Source: a virus
DNA: 14,793 bases
UHGV virus genome: UHGV-0120184
Strand: one strand, 5' to 3'
Shown here: positions 1-8,281 of the stretch, in pieces
How positions within the stretch are numbered: the first letter of the stretch is position 1
Layout: the number at the start of each line of letters is the position of its first letter
The notes under the pieces: model-generated
What the model was told of the DNA's origin: nothing
The model's input: the letters and a program-made list of their open reading frames with translations, nothing else
Database searches by the model: none
Translations under genes and position numbers: made by a program

Positions 1-404
1 CCATCAGCCCGGAAAAAGCCAGAGAACTCAAAACCGCCGGGATCAACGCCTGGCGGAACAGAATGGAATCAGCCAGTTATATTTTCAGCTTTAATGGCCG
101 TAACTGGGATTATGGAAAGGAAACACAGGATCGCCTTGGCCCATCAGTTATCGCAGCAAAAGAAGGCAATCTCCCGGAGAAGTTTTTCTGGACAGACGCA
201 GACAACAACGACGTCCCCATGACTGCGGAAGAACTGATTGCGCTGAGTGAAGCCGCGCAACAGGCAATGTTCGCGAAGGGAATGGAAATTCATGTGCGCC
301 AGCGCAACATGAAAAAAGAGATTGCAGAACTTCAGGATGCGGAGGCCATTCAGCGTTACGTTGTGGGCTGGCCCACAACGGAAGAACCCGCCACCGAAAG
401 ATGA
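1..404 (+). CDS. Phage tail fiber assembly/chaperone-like protein, C-terminal part (5' end lies outside the window)
   Basis: Open frame runs from position 3 (…ISPEKARELKTAGINAWRNRMESASYIF…) to TGA at 402-404. The C-terminal pattern (…DVPMTAEELIALSEAAQQAMFAKGMEIHVRQRNMKKEIAELQDAEAIQRYVVGWP) resembles tail fiber assembly (Tfa/gpG, DUF4376-type) C-termini as I recall them. It sits beside a P2-like tail cluster. Confidence 0.55.
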   Translation, partial: ISPEKARELKTAGINAWRNRMESASYIFSFNGRNWDYGKETQDRLGPSVIAAKEGNLPEKFFWTDADNNDVPMTAEELIALSEAAQQAMFAKGMEIHVRQRNMKKEIAELQDAEAIQRYVVGWPTTEEPATER

Positions 405-412
405 ACAGCAAA

Positions 413-434
413 AACGCCCTGACACCAGGGCGTT
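413..434. terminator. Bidirectional rho-independent terminator between the convergent Tfa-like gene and gene U
   Basis: Perfect 9-bp stem AACGCCCTG / CAGGGCGTT with loop ACAC, flanked by an A-run (408-412) and ATTATTT (435-441), so a U-run follows the stem on either strand. It lies between the stop codons at 402-404 (+) and 440-442 (-). Confidence 0.6.
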
Positions 435-439
435 ATTAT

Positions 440-913
440 TTAAACCGGAATGGACAGATTATTCAGGGCACCTTTGACGTTATTCGCAAGATCACCAAGC
501 GACGAGGACTGAAGACGTTCACGCAGATCTTCATCCACACGCTCAAAAGTGACAGTAAACTCAATCTTTCTTGCCCGACCATAGCGATCAAGTTCAGAGC
601 GGGTGGTGTTAAGCCCGGTAATGACATACATCCCGTAAATCTGCCCTACCCCATCAATCAGCGGCCATGGTCGCCCGACGTAAGCCTGGCTGGTCAGTGC
701 GGTCAGGGAGACTTCACCGCCCGTAATTTCCGGGTAGAGCAAACCCGAAAGCGTGATGGTATCGTCACCCGCGCCGATATACTGCCAGCTGGCTGAGCGG
801 TTGATTCGCTCGTTCTTTACATGCCTCCAGTTACGGGACTGTTGTATTTGTTGGTATGGCAGTGTGCTTAACTGAAAAACAAACATGCCGTAAATCATCA
901 TCATAACCATCAC
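440..913 (-). CDS. U: P2 gpU-like tail protein
   Basis: 157-aa ORF (…FVFQLSTLPYQQIQQSRNWRH…DTITLSGLLYPEITGG…) matching the P2 gpU family from memory. It lies immediately downstream of the tape measure stop (916-918). Several in-frame ATGs at the 5' end (MMVMMMIYGM) leave the exact start ambiguous. Confidence 0.85.
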   Translation of the reverse strand: MMVMMMIYGMFVFQLSTLPYQQIQQSRNWRHVKNERINRSASWQYIGAGDDTITLSGLLYPEITGGEVSLTALTSQAYVGRPWPLIDGVGQIYGMYVITGLNTTRSELDRYGRARKIEFTVTFERVDEDLRERLQSSSLGDLANNVKGALNNLSIPV

Positions 914-915
914 TC

Positions 916-3747
916 CTAATCACGATCGCGGAAACTGTTCATACCGCCGGATTGTCTGCGAATTTCTTCCCGTACCGCCTCCCCCACCATTCTGGCAAGG
1001 TCGCGAGGGTTCTGCGTAACCACGTTGTGAAGGTGAACATGAATATCACCACCGTACACAGGCGGCGGTTCAGGAGAGCGCGAAGGCCCCCGGGGTGTCG
1101 GGGACACCGGATCCCACCGCTTAACCTCCACAGGACGGGAAGAATCCGGGGAAACCGCCGGAGACACAGGCGAAAACGCTGGCATAAGCGGAAGCCCGGG
1201 TGCAACAGTCGGTTCATTCCACTGCCCGCGAACAGCCAGCGCACGGGGGAGATTTTTAAACACGATATCGCCAGGACCGATACGCTTGCGGGCTTCCTGA
1301 AGCATACCCGACGTATTACCCTCGATACCTTTGAGCCTGCGAAGAACGCCACTGGTGCCGTCGTTTATGACAGAAGGCTTGCCACCATTATTACCTTTAT
1401 CATTGCCATCAACTGGCTTAGCGGGCGAGATAATGGCATTAACATCCCCCTGAAGCAGGGAGAGCTTGCCCTGAAGAAGCGAAGCCCGCTGTGCATCCTC
1501 CAGTTTCCGGCGCGCCCTTTCAGCTTCATCAGGCAGCACGCCAAGCTTTTCCAGTACCCAGGCAAGTCCATCCATCAGCGCCTTCAGCGGCGTAAGCGCA
1601 AGCGATATCGCCCCACTAAGTACACGACCGAAGCTTTCTCCCGCAGACGTACACCGTTCAAGAGATTCGTTGCTGGCCTGAACAGGCGTGAGTAACCGGG
1701 TAAACCAGTCAAACACCGTGGACACCGCACCCGACACCAGATCAAACAACGGCGCAAACTGAGCAATACTTTCACGAACAGGCGCAAGGCCAGCCCACAG
1801 CGACCGGAATGTGCCGAGCATGAACGCCTTAACCTGTTCCCAGTGACGCCATATGAGCAGCGCCCCACCGGCAAGAGCAGCAATCACGAGACCAACAGGA
1901 CTGAGAAGACCGGAAAGCACCCCGCCCAGCACAGAAACCGCACCGGAGACCATCCCCCACAGTGCCGGAAGGCCGGACAGGCGAAGAGCAAGACCACCAA
2001 CACCGTTTGTAAGCGAGGATAGCCCGCCACCAAGAAGCGCAGAGCCAAGCTGAAGTTTTGCAAAAATCCCCGTCAGTAACCCACCTCCGACAGACAACGC
2101 ACCAATGGCCGTTGTGGCCGCAAGCACGCCACCCACGGTAAGGGTCAGCGTGCGTACAAGCTGCGGGTTTTCCTGAACCCACGACCTGAAGCGTTCACCC
2201 ACAGAAGCAACAGCCTGTACAAGCTCGCGGATATCATCAGTAACCAGCGACACAACATCACTGCGAATACCGGAGAAAATGCCGGACAGACGATCGGTGT
2301 CGCCGCCGAGGTTGTCACGCAGAACATCCCCCATTCGCCGGGCGGTTCCCTGAACCAGCCCCATACGGTCAGATACCGTTGCAAGCGACCGGAGAAAATC
2401 CGGGATCTGGTCAACAGCCAGATCTTCAATGGGTGTGCCGAACAGCGCTATCGCCGCATTGGCCCGTTCTGCAGGATCCTGAATCTGTAACAGACCTGAC
2501 GCGGTGCGACGCATCGCTTCACGCGCGGCCGCGCCGCCACTGGCGATCGCTGACGACATTCTTTCAGCGTTAAGGCCAATCAGCTCATAGGCTTCAACGC
2601 TGGATTTGGACATATCCGAGCCGCGAATACTGAATTCTTTGACAGCATCGCCGGTTTTATCCAGGGCGAATTTCCCCTGCTGCGCCATGCTGACAAGCAG
2701 CGTCATGGTTTCAGAGCCGGATAGCCCCATATTGCGGAAATGCGTGGAATACTCATGCAGAATTTCAGGAAGTTCGCCGCGCATTTCGGCAGACATTTTC
2801 TGCATCCCTGCCGCCATCAGGTCGACGGCCTCACCTGCATTTGCGGCAAGCCCGTTTTTCAGCATAATGCCAGCAGCCTGAACCTGTTCAGCCACATTAC
2901 CGCCGGTGACCTGAGCAAGATCGATTGCCTGCCGTGTCACCCTTTCCAGTTCTTCAGTCCCTACGGTACCCAGTGCGCCAAGCGTGCTTTGCGCCGCAGC
3001 TGCTGCTTCCGAAATCATCGCGATATCCGTGGCCGCACCTGACGCACGGATGCTCTGAATCATACGGCTGTAGCGCTGGCCGTCTTCTGCGCTGCCGCCA
3101 CTCTGTGCCGCAATGAGCGCACCCTGCCGTTGCTCTTCAACAACAGGTGCAACCGCGCGACCGGCAGCATACAGACCGGCACTGCCAGCCGCCATGGCAA
3201 CAGCACCGCGCTGACTGAGCTTACCGGCAATATCCTGAACACGGTCATAGCGTTGCTGCGCCTGCGTGACGCGTGCAAGCTGGCCCCGCTGGCGTTCGAG
3301 CTGATCGTTGTATTCCTGCGTCCGCCTGATTGCCCTCTCGACCGCACGGTTACTTCCGTCCGCCCGTATACCGTGAGATTCCAGTTCGCGACTGGCTTCG
3401 CTAAGTCGGGATTTGTGGAGGGAATAAACCGTATTAAGGCGATCAATCTTCACAGTCAGCGAGCGTATAGCTTCCTGCTGTTTTTCCGTTAGTGTTGTGC
3501 CTGTACGCTGGGCCTCCTGGAGGCGCTGAAGTCGCGCACGCGCCTCGTTCAGACTGTTTTCAGTCGAGGTCACCTGCTGGCGGGCACGGGAAAACGCATC
3601 ACTGCTTCGCTGGAGTGACTTAAGAGCGTTCTGCGTGGAGGAAAGAGATTCGGAAAGCGCGCCGGTCATTTCCCGGGCGCGCCTGACGGGTTGAGTGAGA
3701 CGGTCGACCGCAGTAAGGGCTACACGTATCTGGAGATTATTACTCAT
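916..3747 (-). CDS. T: Phage tail tape measure protein (P2 gpT-like)
   Basis: Long ORF with an N-terminal coiled-coil-like region (repeated Q/R/E/L heptad-like stretches), a Gly/Ala/Leu-rich hydrophobic middle segment and a Pro-rich C-terminus, all typical of tape measure proteins. ATG at 3747-3745 (MSNNLQIRV…) is preferred because the E' frame stop (3742-3740) overlaps it; the ORF track's GTG at 3801 is an alternative start. Confidence 0.85.
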   Translation of the reverse strand: MSNNLQIRVALTAVDRLTQPVRRAREMTGALSESLSSTQNALKSLQRSSDAFSRARQQVTSTENSLNEARARLQRLQEAQRTGTTLTEKQQEAIRSLTVKIDRLNTVYSLHKSRLSEASRELESHGIRADGSNRAVERAIRRTQEYNDQLERQRGQLARVTQAQQRYDRVQDIAGKLSQRGAVAMAAGSAGLYAAGRAVAPVVEEQRQGALIAAQSGGSAEDGQRYSRMIQSIRASGAATDIAMISEAAAAAQSTLGALGTVGTEELERVTRQAIDLAQVTGGNVAEQVQAAGIMLKNGLAANAGEAVDLMAAGMQKMSAEMRGELPEILHEYSTHFRNMGLSGSETMTLLVSMAQQGKFALDKTGDAVKEFSIRGSDMSKSSVEAYELIGLNAERMSSAIASGGAAAREAMRRTASGLLQIQDPAERANAAIALFGTPIEDLAVDQIPDFLRSLATVSDRMGLVQGTARRMGDVLRDNLGGDTDRLSGIFSGIRSDVVSLVTDDIRELVQAVASVGERFRSWVQENPQLVRTLTLTVGGVLAATTAIGALSVGGGLLTGIFAKLQLGSALLGGGLSSLTNGVGGLALRLSGLPALWGMVSGAVSVLGGVLSGLLSPVGLVIAALAGGALLIWRHWEQVKAFMLGTFRSLWAGLAPVRESIAQFAPLFDLVSGAVSTVFDWFTRLLTPVQASNESLERCTSAGESFGRVLSGAISLALTPLKALMDGLAWVLEKLGVLPDEAERARRKLEDAQRASLLQGKLSLLQGDVNAIISPAKPVDGNDKGNNGGKPSVINDGTSGVLRRLKGIEGNTSGMLQEARKRIGPGDIVFKNLPRALAVRGQWNEPTVAPGLPLMPAFSPVSPAVSPDSSRPVEVKRWDPVSPTPRGPSRSPEPPPVYGGDIHVHLHNVVTQNPRDLARMVGEAVREEIRRQSGGMNSFRDRD

Positions 3748-4275
3748 CGTTATGATTCCCGGTTCTGACGGCCGCCCGTTCTCGCCAGGCAACCAGTTCA
3801 CCGGGAGTCATCACAAAGATTTCAGAGGGCGACCAGTGAAATACAACGGCTATATCAGCGACAATATCTTCAACGTAATCAAAAGCAAGAAGCGTTACGC
3901 GCCGCCCGCCTCCTGCGCCTTCTTCGCTGACGAGGGAAGCAAAAAACCGACTGCCACCTCGTACAGTTTAAAGAAGTCTTCCGGGCACATTGACATAAGT
4001 GCCGCGCGGCTGAGGTGAGGTTCAGTTACGCGTTCCAGAAAAATGGCGGCAGCATCAACATCGGTGTTGAACAGGTCCGTCATGCGGATCCCTCGAAGCG
4101 AGCCCACCTGACGCGCAAGCGCCCCAATCTTCACGCTGGAAACCGTCTTATTACCGCAGACAACAGGAACCCTGAGATTAACCGTGTCATTTGCGATCGC
4201 CTCTGCGTTTTCCGTGTCGCCATTCGTCACAGCATCTGTGTCATTCGTCACGATATTTTCTTCAGTCTGATCCAT
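3740..4275 (-). CDS. E': gpE+E' fusion product made by programmed -1 ribosomal frameshift
   Basis: Minus-strand heptamer T TTT TTG (complement of 3946-3940) lies in the E zero frame (GGT TTT TTG). The -1 frame stays open from there for about 65 codons (…VTLLAFDYVEDIVADIAVVFHWSPSEIFVMTPGELVAWRERAAVRTGNHNDE) and ends at TAA 3742-3740, overlapping the tape measure ATG at 3747. This is the same arrangement as P2 E/E' and lambda G/GT. Confidence 0.6.
3895..4275 (-). CDS. E: Tail assembly chaperone gpE-like protein
   Basis: ORF between tail tube and tape measure whose C-terminal part (…GIRMTDLFNTDVDAAAIFLERVTEPHLSRAALMSMCPEDFFKLYEVAVGFLLPSS…) is gpE-like. It carries a T6G slippery site near its 3' end. 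The acidic N-terminal extension makes the true start uncertain. Confidence 0.75.
   Translation of the reverse strand: MDQTEENIVTNDTDAVTNGDTENAEAIANDTVNLRVPVVCGNKTVSSVKIGALARQVGSLRGIRMTDLFNTDVDAAAIFLERVTEPHLSRAALMSMCPEDFFKLYEVAVGFLLPSSAKKAQEAGGA
3940..3946 (-). promoter_or_regulatory. Slippery heptamer TTTTTTG for the -1 frameshift (E to E')
   Basis: X XXY YYZ motif in the zero frame of E, 15 codons before the E stop, with the -1 frame open downstream. Confidence 0.6.
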
Positions 4276-4326
4276 TATTTTTCTCCCGGGGCAACAGGAC
4301 GCCGCCCCTGTTATCAGATTTAACTA

Positions 4327-4839
4327 TCAGCCAAGCCCCAGCATGGAGCGGGTGCGGTCAGGAAGAACATCCTTACCATCAATGCGCCAGATGAAGTTCA
4401 GCACGTCGATTTCAATAACATCGCTGTTATCAACGCTGAGCTTGTACCAGGTGCATTTCATCGCATAGGTATGTTCGGTATCTTCACCCTGTTTGGCCTC
4501 GCCCTTGTCGATTTCGACAATGCGACCACGGGCTTCAATATCGACGTACTCAATCCCTTCTTCGGAATAGTATTCACCCGAGAAGCGAACACGCACGGCA
4601 TCAATACCGGCGGCGTATTTGGCAAAGATGTGACGATCGACGCCACCAACCGCAAAGGAGAGATCCAGTGCACCATCATCAAGACCGAGATCCACCGACG
4701 CAGAGCCTGGCATCCCCGCCCCGCGATACGACTCTGTTTTACGGGTCAGTTTTGGCGGGGTAAAAGACGCCACCTTGCCCAGCTTGTTGTCACCGTCCAC
4801 AAAGACGGTAAACACACGAAGTTTTTTTGGTACGGCCAT
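4327..4839 (-). CDS. FII: Tail tube protein (P2 gpFII-like)
   Basis: 170 aa with strong resemblance to P2 FII (…LGKVASFTPPKLTRKTESYRGAGMPGSASVDLGLDDGALDLSFAVGG…). GGAGG-type Shine-Dalgarno upstream. Start overlaps the sheath stop (TAATG at 4837-4841). Confidence 0.9.
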   Translation of the reverse strand: MAVPKKLRVFTVFVDGDNKLGKVASFTPPKLTRKTESYRGAGMPGSASVDLGLDDGALDLSFAVGGVDRHIFAKYAAGIDAVRVRFSGEYYSEEGIEYVDIEARGRIVEIDKGEAKQGEDTEHTYAMKCTWYKLSVDNSDVIEIDVLNFIWRIDGKDVLPDRTRSMLGLG

Positions 4840-6044
4840 TAGCTACCTCCAAGAGATGCAAAAGCAGAGCCAAAGAACTCGTCGGTAAACGTCTGATAGA
4901 GTTCCATACACTCCATCGGCGGAACAGGCGTGTATTTGTAGCGAATACGCACAATGCCCTGACGAAGACTGGTTGTGCCGTTGTCGATGATATCGAACCA
5001 GCACTCAGCCCCGATGAGTTTTCCGGCTGTCACCAGTGCATCCAGCTTTGCCTTGATAGCGCTCACGGCATCCTTAGCATTGGCAGGCGTAAGCGGTGAA
5101 TCCACTATCTGAAGTTGCGCCTCCGCAATGGTGTCAGCCAGTTGCTGCGCCGTACGTGTGTACACCTCAAAGATGTACTCCGCAGTTTCCGGCGTACGGT
5201 TACCCCAGAAACGGAAGGAGCCGTCGCCCTGGTGAATAAGAGTGGTCACCTCGCTATTGTTCAGCGTGTTGGCATCGCTGTTTTCATCCTGAAGTGACCA
5301 GGAAACAGACGCTGACACCCCAAGAACATTTTTCACAGGCATGTTAGAAAGGGAGCGATGCCAGCCCTGTTCATGGTCGAGTCGGGCACGAAGACCGCAC
5401 GCATACGCCGCAGCCGGGAAGGTTTCGTTTTTACCGGACACCGGGTTGAACGCAATGAAATCAGGCCACAGAAGCATGATTTCGCGACCGGAAATCTTTT
5501 TACGGAACGCAATAGCATCGGACGGTTTTGTGCAGCCAGGGCAGCCGGAATACGCAAATGCGCGCATTTTTCCGGCAACAGTCACCAGTGCAGCCGTGAC
5601 AGCATCCGATTCAAGGCCCGGAGCGGCAAGAATGCGGGGTCGGTAACCAATACCTTCCATCTGTTCGGCAACCAGAAGCGCCTGCATACCGCTGTAGCTT
5701 CCGTCTTCTTCCGTGGTACCAATGACCAGTTGATCCTGTGTTTTATTCTCAGCCCCCTCTTTTGCCGCCTCCACGCGAACGACAATCACCCGTGTACTGA
5801 CCTGGTCAGATATCGCTTTAAGGGCCTTATAAAGCGTGCCCGCTTTCCCGGCCTTCCCCAGAACAGAAGATACACGGGTAATCAGCACAGGCTTGTTAAG
5901 GGGGAACTGCCCGGTATCCGCATCATCTGCAACGGCAACAATACCAATGACGCTGGAATCAACGTCATTAATGGCCGTCACAAGGTCGGTATTCTCCGTG
6001 ACGCGCACACCGTGAAATCGTTTTTCAGCCATACGATTCACCAT
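4839..6044 (-). CDS. FI: Contractile tail sheath protein (P2 gpFI-like)
   Basis: 401 aa with motifs matching P2 FI from memory (HGVRV…FPLNKPVLIT…GTLYKALKAISDQ…WPDFIAFNPVSG…FRFWGNRT…YKYTPVPPMEC). The start could instead be the in-frame ATG at 6032. Confidence 0.9.
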   Translation of the reverse strand: MVNRMAEKRFHGVRVTENTDLVTAINDVDSSVIGIVAVADDADTGQFPLNKPVLITRVSSVLGKAGKAGTLYKALKAISDQVSTRVIVVRVEAAKEGAENKTQDQLVIGTTEEDGSYSGMQALLVAEQMEGIGYRPRILAAPGLESDAVTAALVTVAGKMRAFAYSGCPGCTKPSDAIAFRKKISGREIMLLWPDFIAFNPVSGKNETFPAAAYACGLRARLDHEQGWHRSLSNMPVKNVLGVSASVSWSLQDENSDANTLNNSEVTTLIHQGDGSFRFWGNRTPETAEYIFEVYTRTAQQLADTIAEAQLQIVDSPLTPANAKDAVSAIKAKLDALVTAGKLIGAECWFDIIDNGTTSLRQGIVRIRYKYTPVPPMECMELYQTFTDEFFGSAFASLGGS

Positions 6045-6107
6045 CAGTTGTGTTTATGCTCGCCTGAATAATCCACCATTGGCGCACAGCCCTCACCTGA
6101 TGCGGGC

Positions 6108-6125
6108 TGTGGGGATTTTTTTACA
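6108..6125. promoter_or_regulatory. TGT-N12-ACA dyad, candidate Ogr-dependent late-promoter activator site in the divergent FI/D region
   Basis: Exact TGT(6108-6110)-N12-ACA(6123-6125) in the 141-bp region between the FI start (6044, minus) and the D start (6186, plus). The dyad centre is about 55 bp from plausible transcription starts on either side, matching the known architecture of P2/P4 late promoters. Confidence 0.4.
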
Positions 6126-6185
6126 ACAGAGCCGGACAGAAACGACAAGGTACGCGTGGGATGATACGCACACGGGAGGGATATC

Positions 6186-7331
6186 ATGAGCATCACTGAA
6201 TCAGTAACACATCACATCAACAGCGCACTGGATGCAGCGGAAGATACCGTTAGGGTGCCAGACTTCACTATCACACTGGAAGGGAAAGATGCCAGCCTGA
6301 AGAACATCACGCAGCGCATCATGAGCCTGACCATGACAGACAACAGGGGTTTTGAGGCTGACAGGGTGACACTGGAAATCGACGACGCCGACGGCGGGGT
6401 GGTACTTCCGGAGCGCGGAACACGATTATCGCTGGCGATGGGATGGAAAGGTGAAAGCCTCACTCGCAAGGGGGCGTTTGTGGTGGACGAAGTGAGCCAC
6501 GAAGGTCCGCCGGATAAGCTGACCATATCCGCGAACAGTGCGGATTTTCGCGAAGAGTTTAACGTGAAACGCGAAGTCTCCTGGCATGACGTGACCGTTG
6601 AGCGTGTGGTATCTGCCATCGCGCACCGTTACGGACTGAAAGCACAAATCAGCGAAATGCTGATGAATATCGAAATCGACCATGCAGACCAGACAGAGGA
6701 AAGCGACATCTCGTTCCTCACGCGTATGGCTGACATGCTGGGTGCAATAACCACCGTAAAAAACGGGTGCCTGCTGTTCATTCTGCCGGGTGGCGGTGTG
6801 ACAGCCAGCGGGCGCGCCCTCCCCTCATTCGCCCTGACCCGCTCGGATGGCGACAGTCATCGCTTTCGCATTGCTGACAGAAAAGCCTATACCGGAGTGA
6901 AAGCTTACTGGCTGGATTTAAAGTTCGGCCAGAAGAAGGCCGTGAACGTGAAAAAGCGAAACGCGAAAACCACACAGAAGCCGGAGAAAAGCAGTTCACG
7001 GGAGGGTGGATACATGGAAGGCGCAGAAGGCAATGTGTATGTGCTGAGAAAAACCTACCCGAACGAAGAAGCCGCGCGTCGCGCAGCTGCCGCACGCTGG
7101 CAGCAACTTCAGCGGGGTGCAGCAGAATTCAGCATCACGCTGGCGCGCGGACGCGCCGACCTGTATCCGGAGATGCACGGCACGGTATCCGGGTTCAAGA
7201 GCGACATTGACAATCAGGACTGGATTATTTCGCGCATTGAGCACGTCATCGACGACAGCGGCTTCACCACCAGACTGGAGCTGGAAGCAAAAATCGCAGA
7301 CTGGATAGCAGAGCGCGCCACGACTGGCTAG
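6186..7331 (+). CDS. D: Phage tail protein D (P2 gpD-like late control / tail formation protein)
   Basis: 381 aa with gpD-family hallmarks (PDFTITLEGKDASLKNITQRIMSLTMTDNRGFEADRVTLEIDDADGGVVLPERG…FLTRMAD…ISRIEHVIDDSGFTTRLELE). GGGAGG Shine-Dalgarno 5 nt upstream of the ATG. Confidence 0.9.
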   Translation: MSITESVTHHINSALDAAEDTVRVPDFTITLEGKDASLKNITQRIMSLTMTDNRGFEADRVTLEIDDADGGVVLPERGTRLSLAMGWKGESLTRKGAFVVDEVSHEGPPDKLTISANSADFREEFNVKREVSWHDVTVERVVSAIAHRYGLKAQISEMLMNIEIDHADQTEESDISFLTRMADMLGAITTVKNGCLLFILPGGGVTASGRALPSFALTRSDGDSHRFRIADRKAYTGVKAYWLDLKFGQKKAVNVKKRNAKTTQKPEKSSSREGGYMEGAEGNVYVLRKTYPNEEAARRAAAARWQQLQRGAAEFSITLARGRADLYPEMHGTVSGFKSDIDNQDWIISRIEHVIDDSGFTTRLELEAKIADWIAERATTG

Positions 7332-7372
7332 AATGAGCGCGAGCCCACCCCGTTTCAGCCAGGGGGACCATC

Positions 7373-7675
7373 ATGCATCCTTGCCCATACTGCGGAGCAA
7401 GTACCCGCACCAGAACAAGCCGCGACGCCAACGATACAGGAACAATCAGGGAGAAATATTACCAGTGCAACAACATTGAATGCAGCGCCACCTTTGTGAC
7501 GCACGAGTTTGTCGTGAGAACCGTATGCCGTCCGCAACCCACCGAAGAACGGGGAGTCGTCCCCGCAGACGCTTTCAAATCATGCCACCGGGGAAGGGAT
7601 CAACTCAGCCTCCCCCTGGGCGATTGCGCCTCCCAGTCAAAAACTGTACATTACGCGCGGGTGCCTTTCGGCTGA
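7373..7675 (+). CDS. ogr: Ogr/Delta-family zinc-finger late transcription activator
   Basis: N-terminus MHPCPYCG…TSR…REKYYQCNNIECSATFVTHE has the C-x2-C…C-x4-C zinc-finger layout and close resemblance to P2 Ogr. It lies immediately downstream of D, as in P2. The C-terminal tail is longer than P2 Ogr (100 vs about 72 aa). Confidence 0.8.
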   Translation: MHPCPYCGASTRTRTSRDANDTGTIREKYYQCNNIECSATFVTHEFVVRTVCRPQPTEERGVVPADAFKSCHRGRDQLSLPLGDCASQSKTVHYARVPFG

Positions 7676-7805
7676 CGGCTGGAAGGATTACCTGAAGGCC
7701 GGATGTGGAAAGGCCCCGGAAAACATCTCTGTTTAGCCGAGGCCCTAATCTACATATCTTTAGCAAGTAGAAGGTTAGCGCCTCTTTGAAAAAGGAGCAA
7801 GCGCT

Positions 7806-7946
7806 ATGCCGCAAAAAACGATCATCGTGAGCATTTTATGCTTAACCATGTTGTTGACCGTCTGGATGATACATCGTTCACCATGTGAATTCAGACTTAA
7901 CATCATGTGGTCAGAATTTGCGGCGTTCTTGCAGTGTAAACCGTAA
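7806..7946 (+). CDS. hok: Hok/Gef/PndA-family type I toxin (small membrane peptide)
   Basis: 46-codon ORF not in the supplied track: MPQKTIIVSILCLTMLLTVWMIHRSPCEFRLNIMWSEFAAFLQCKP. It has one transmembrane helix followed by the conserved Hok-family C-E-x-R and E-x-AAF motifs and is very close to PndA as I recall it. AGGAG Shine-Dalgarno at 7793-7797, 8 nt before the ATG. Confidence 0.75.
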   Translation: MPQKTIIVSILCLTMLLTVWMIHRSPCEFRLNIMWSEFAAFLQCKP

Positions 7947-7954
7947 GAAACCGC

Positions 7955-7976
7955 AGCGGGGGTGAAAGCCCCCGCT
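7955..7976 (+). other. Stable 8-bp GC-rich hairpin in the hok 3' region
   Basis: AGCGGGGG-TGAAAG-CCCCCGCT, 9 nt after the hok stop. hok-family mRNAs carry extensive 3' structure (the fold-back inhibition element); the specific role here is inferred. Confidence 0.4.
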
Positions 7977-8040
7977 ATCCGGTTGCCGAAGGTTCGGTCG
8001 AAAGCCGCACCCGTGCATGCAAGTGACAAAGAAAAAACAA

Positions 8041-8075
8041 AGCCCGCAGCGTAAAAACTGCGGGCTTTTTTATTC
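8041..8075 (+). terminator. Rho-independent terminator closing the hok locus
   Basis: Stem AGCCCGCAG / CTGCGGGCT with an 8-nt loop, followed by TTTTTTATT; preceded by an A-run, so it could also work on the minus strand. Confidence 0.6.
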
Positions 8076-8112
8076 ACATACCGAAGGTGTGGTAACTGCC
8101 TGGGTTCAGACC

Positions 8113-8136
8113 AAAAAAAGCCCCATAAAATGGGGC
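8113..8136 (-). terminator. Candidate minus-strand rho-independent terminator
   Basis: Plus strand reads A7-GCCCCA-TAAAA-TGGGGC; on the minus strand this is a GC stem followed by a T7 run. It lies about 300 nt downstream of the minus-strand membrane-protein operon. Confidence 0.4.
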
Positions 8137-8281
8137 TGAAGATTCTGTAAGGAATTTCACAGCAATGAGATTCTAGTCTCTTCCAATGATATATGAGTCT
8201 TCAGCCTGAATCAATGGGGCATGACTGTGAATCCACCGACGATCAAAACTTGCACAATGCCTGAAGTTGAGTTAGAAAAGT

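Noticed and set aside
401-796. 131-aa ORF on the plus strand
   Set aside because: It lies entirely antisense to the well-supported gpU gene (440-913, minus), has no recognisable motifs and runs through the terminator hairpin, so it is a shadow ORF.
939-3492. Numerous 60-250-aa ORFs on both strands inside the tape measure gene (for example 952-1695 +, 1829-2182 -, 2740-3042 +, 3130-3492 +)
   Set aside because: All overlap the long, coherent tape measure ORF. Their translations are Arg/Cys/Pro-rich low-complexity sequences typical of out-of-frame reading of GC-rich coding DNA.
5358-6071. 237-aa plus-strand ORF
   Set aside because: Antisense to the tail sheath gene, which has strong family-level support; no motifs.
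7676-7805. P2-type attP/attR core sequence expected immediately downstream of ogr
   Set aside because: I could not recognise a P2 core-like sequence or a tRNA 3' end by eye in this interval. The prophage attachment site therefore remains unlocated, and the prophage boundary is inferred only from gene content and the composition change.
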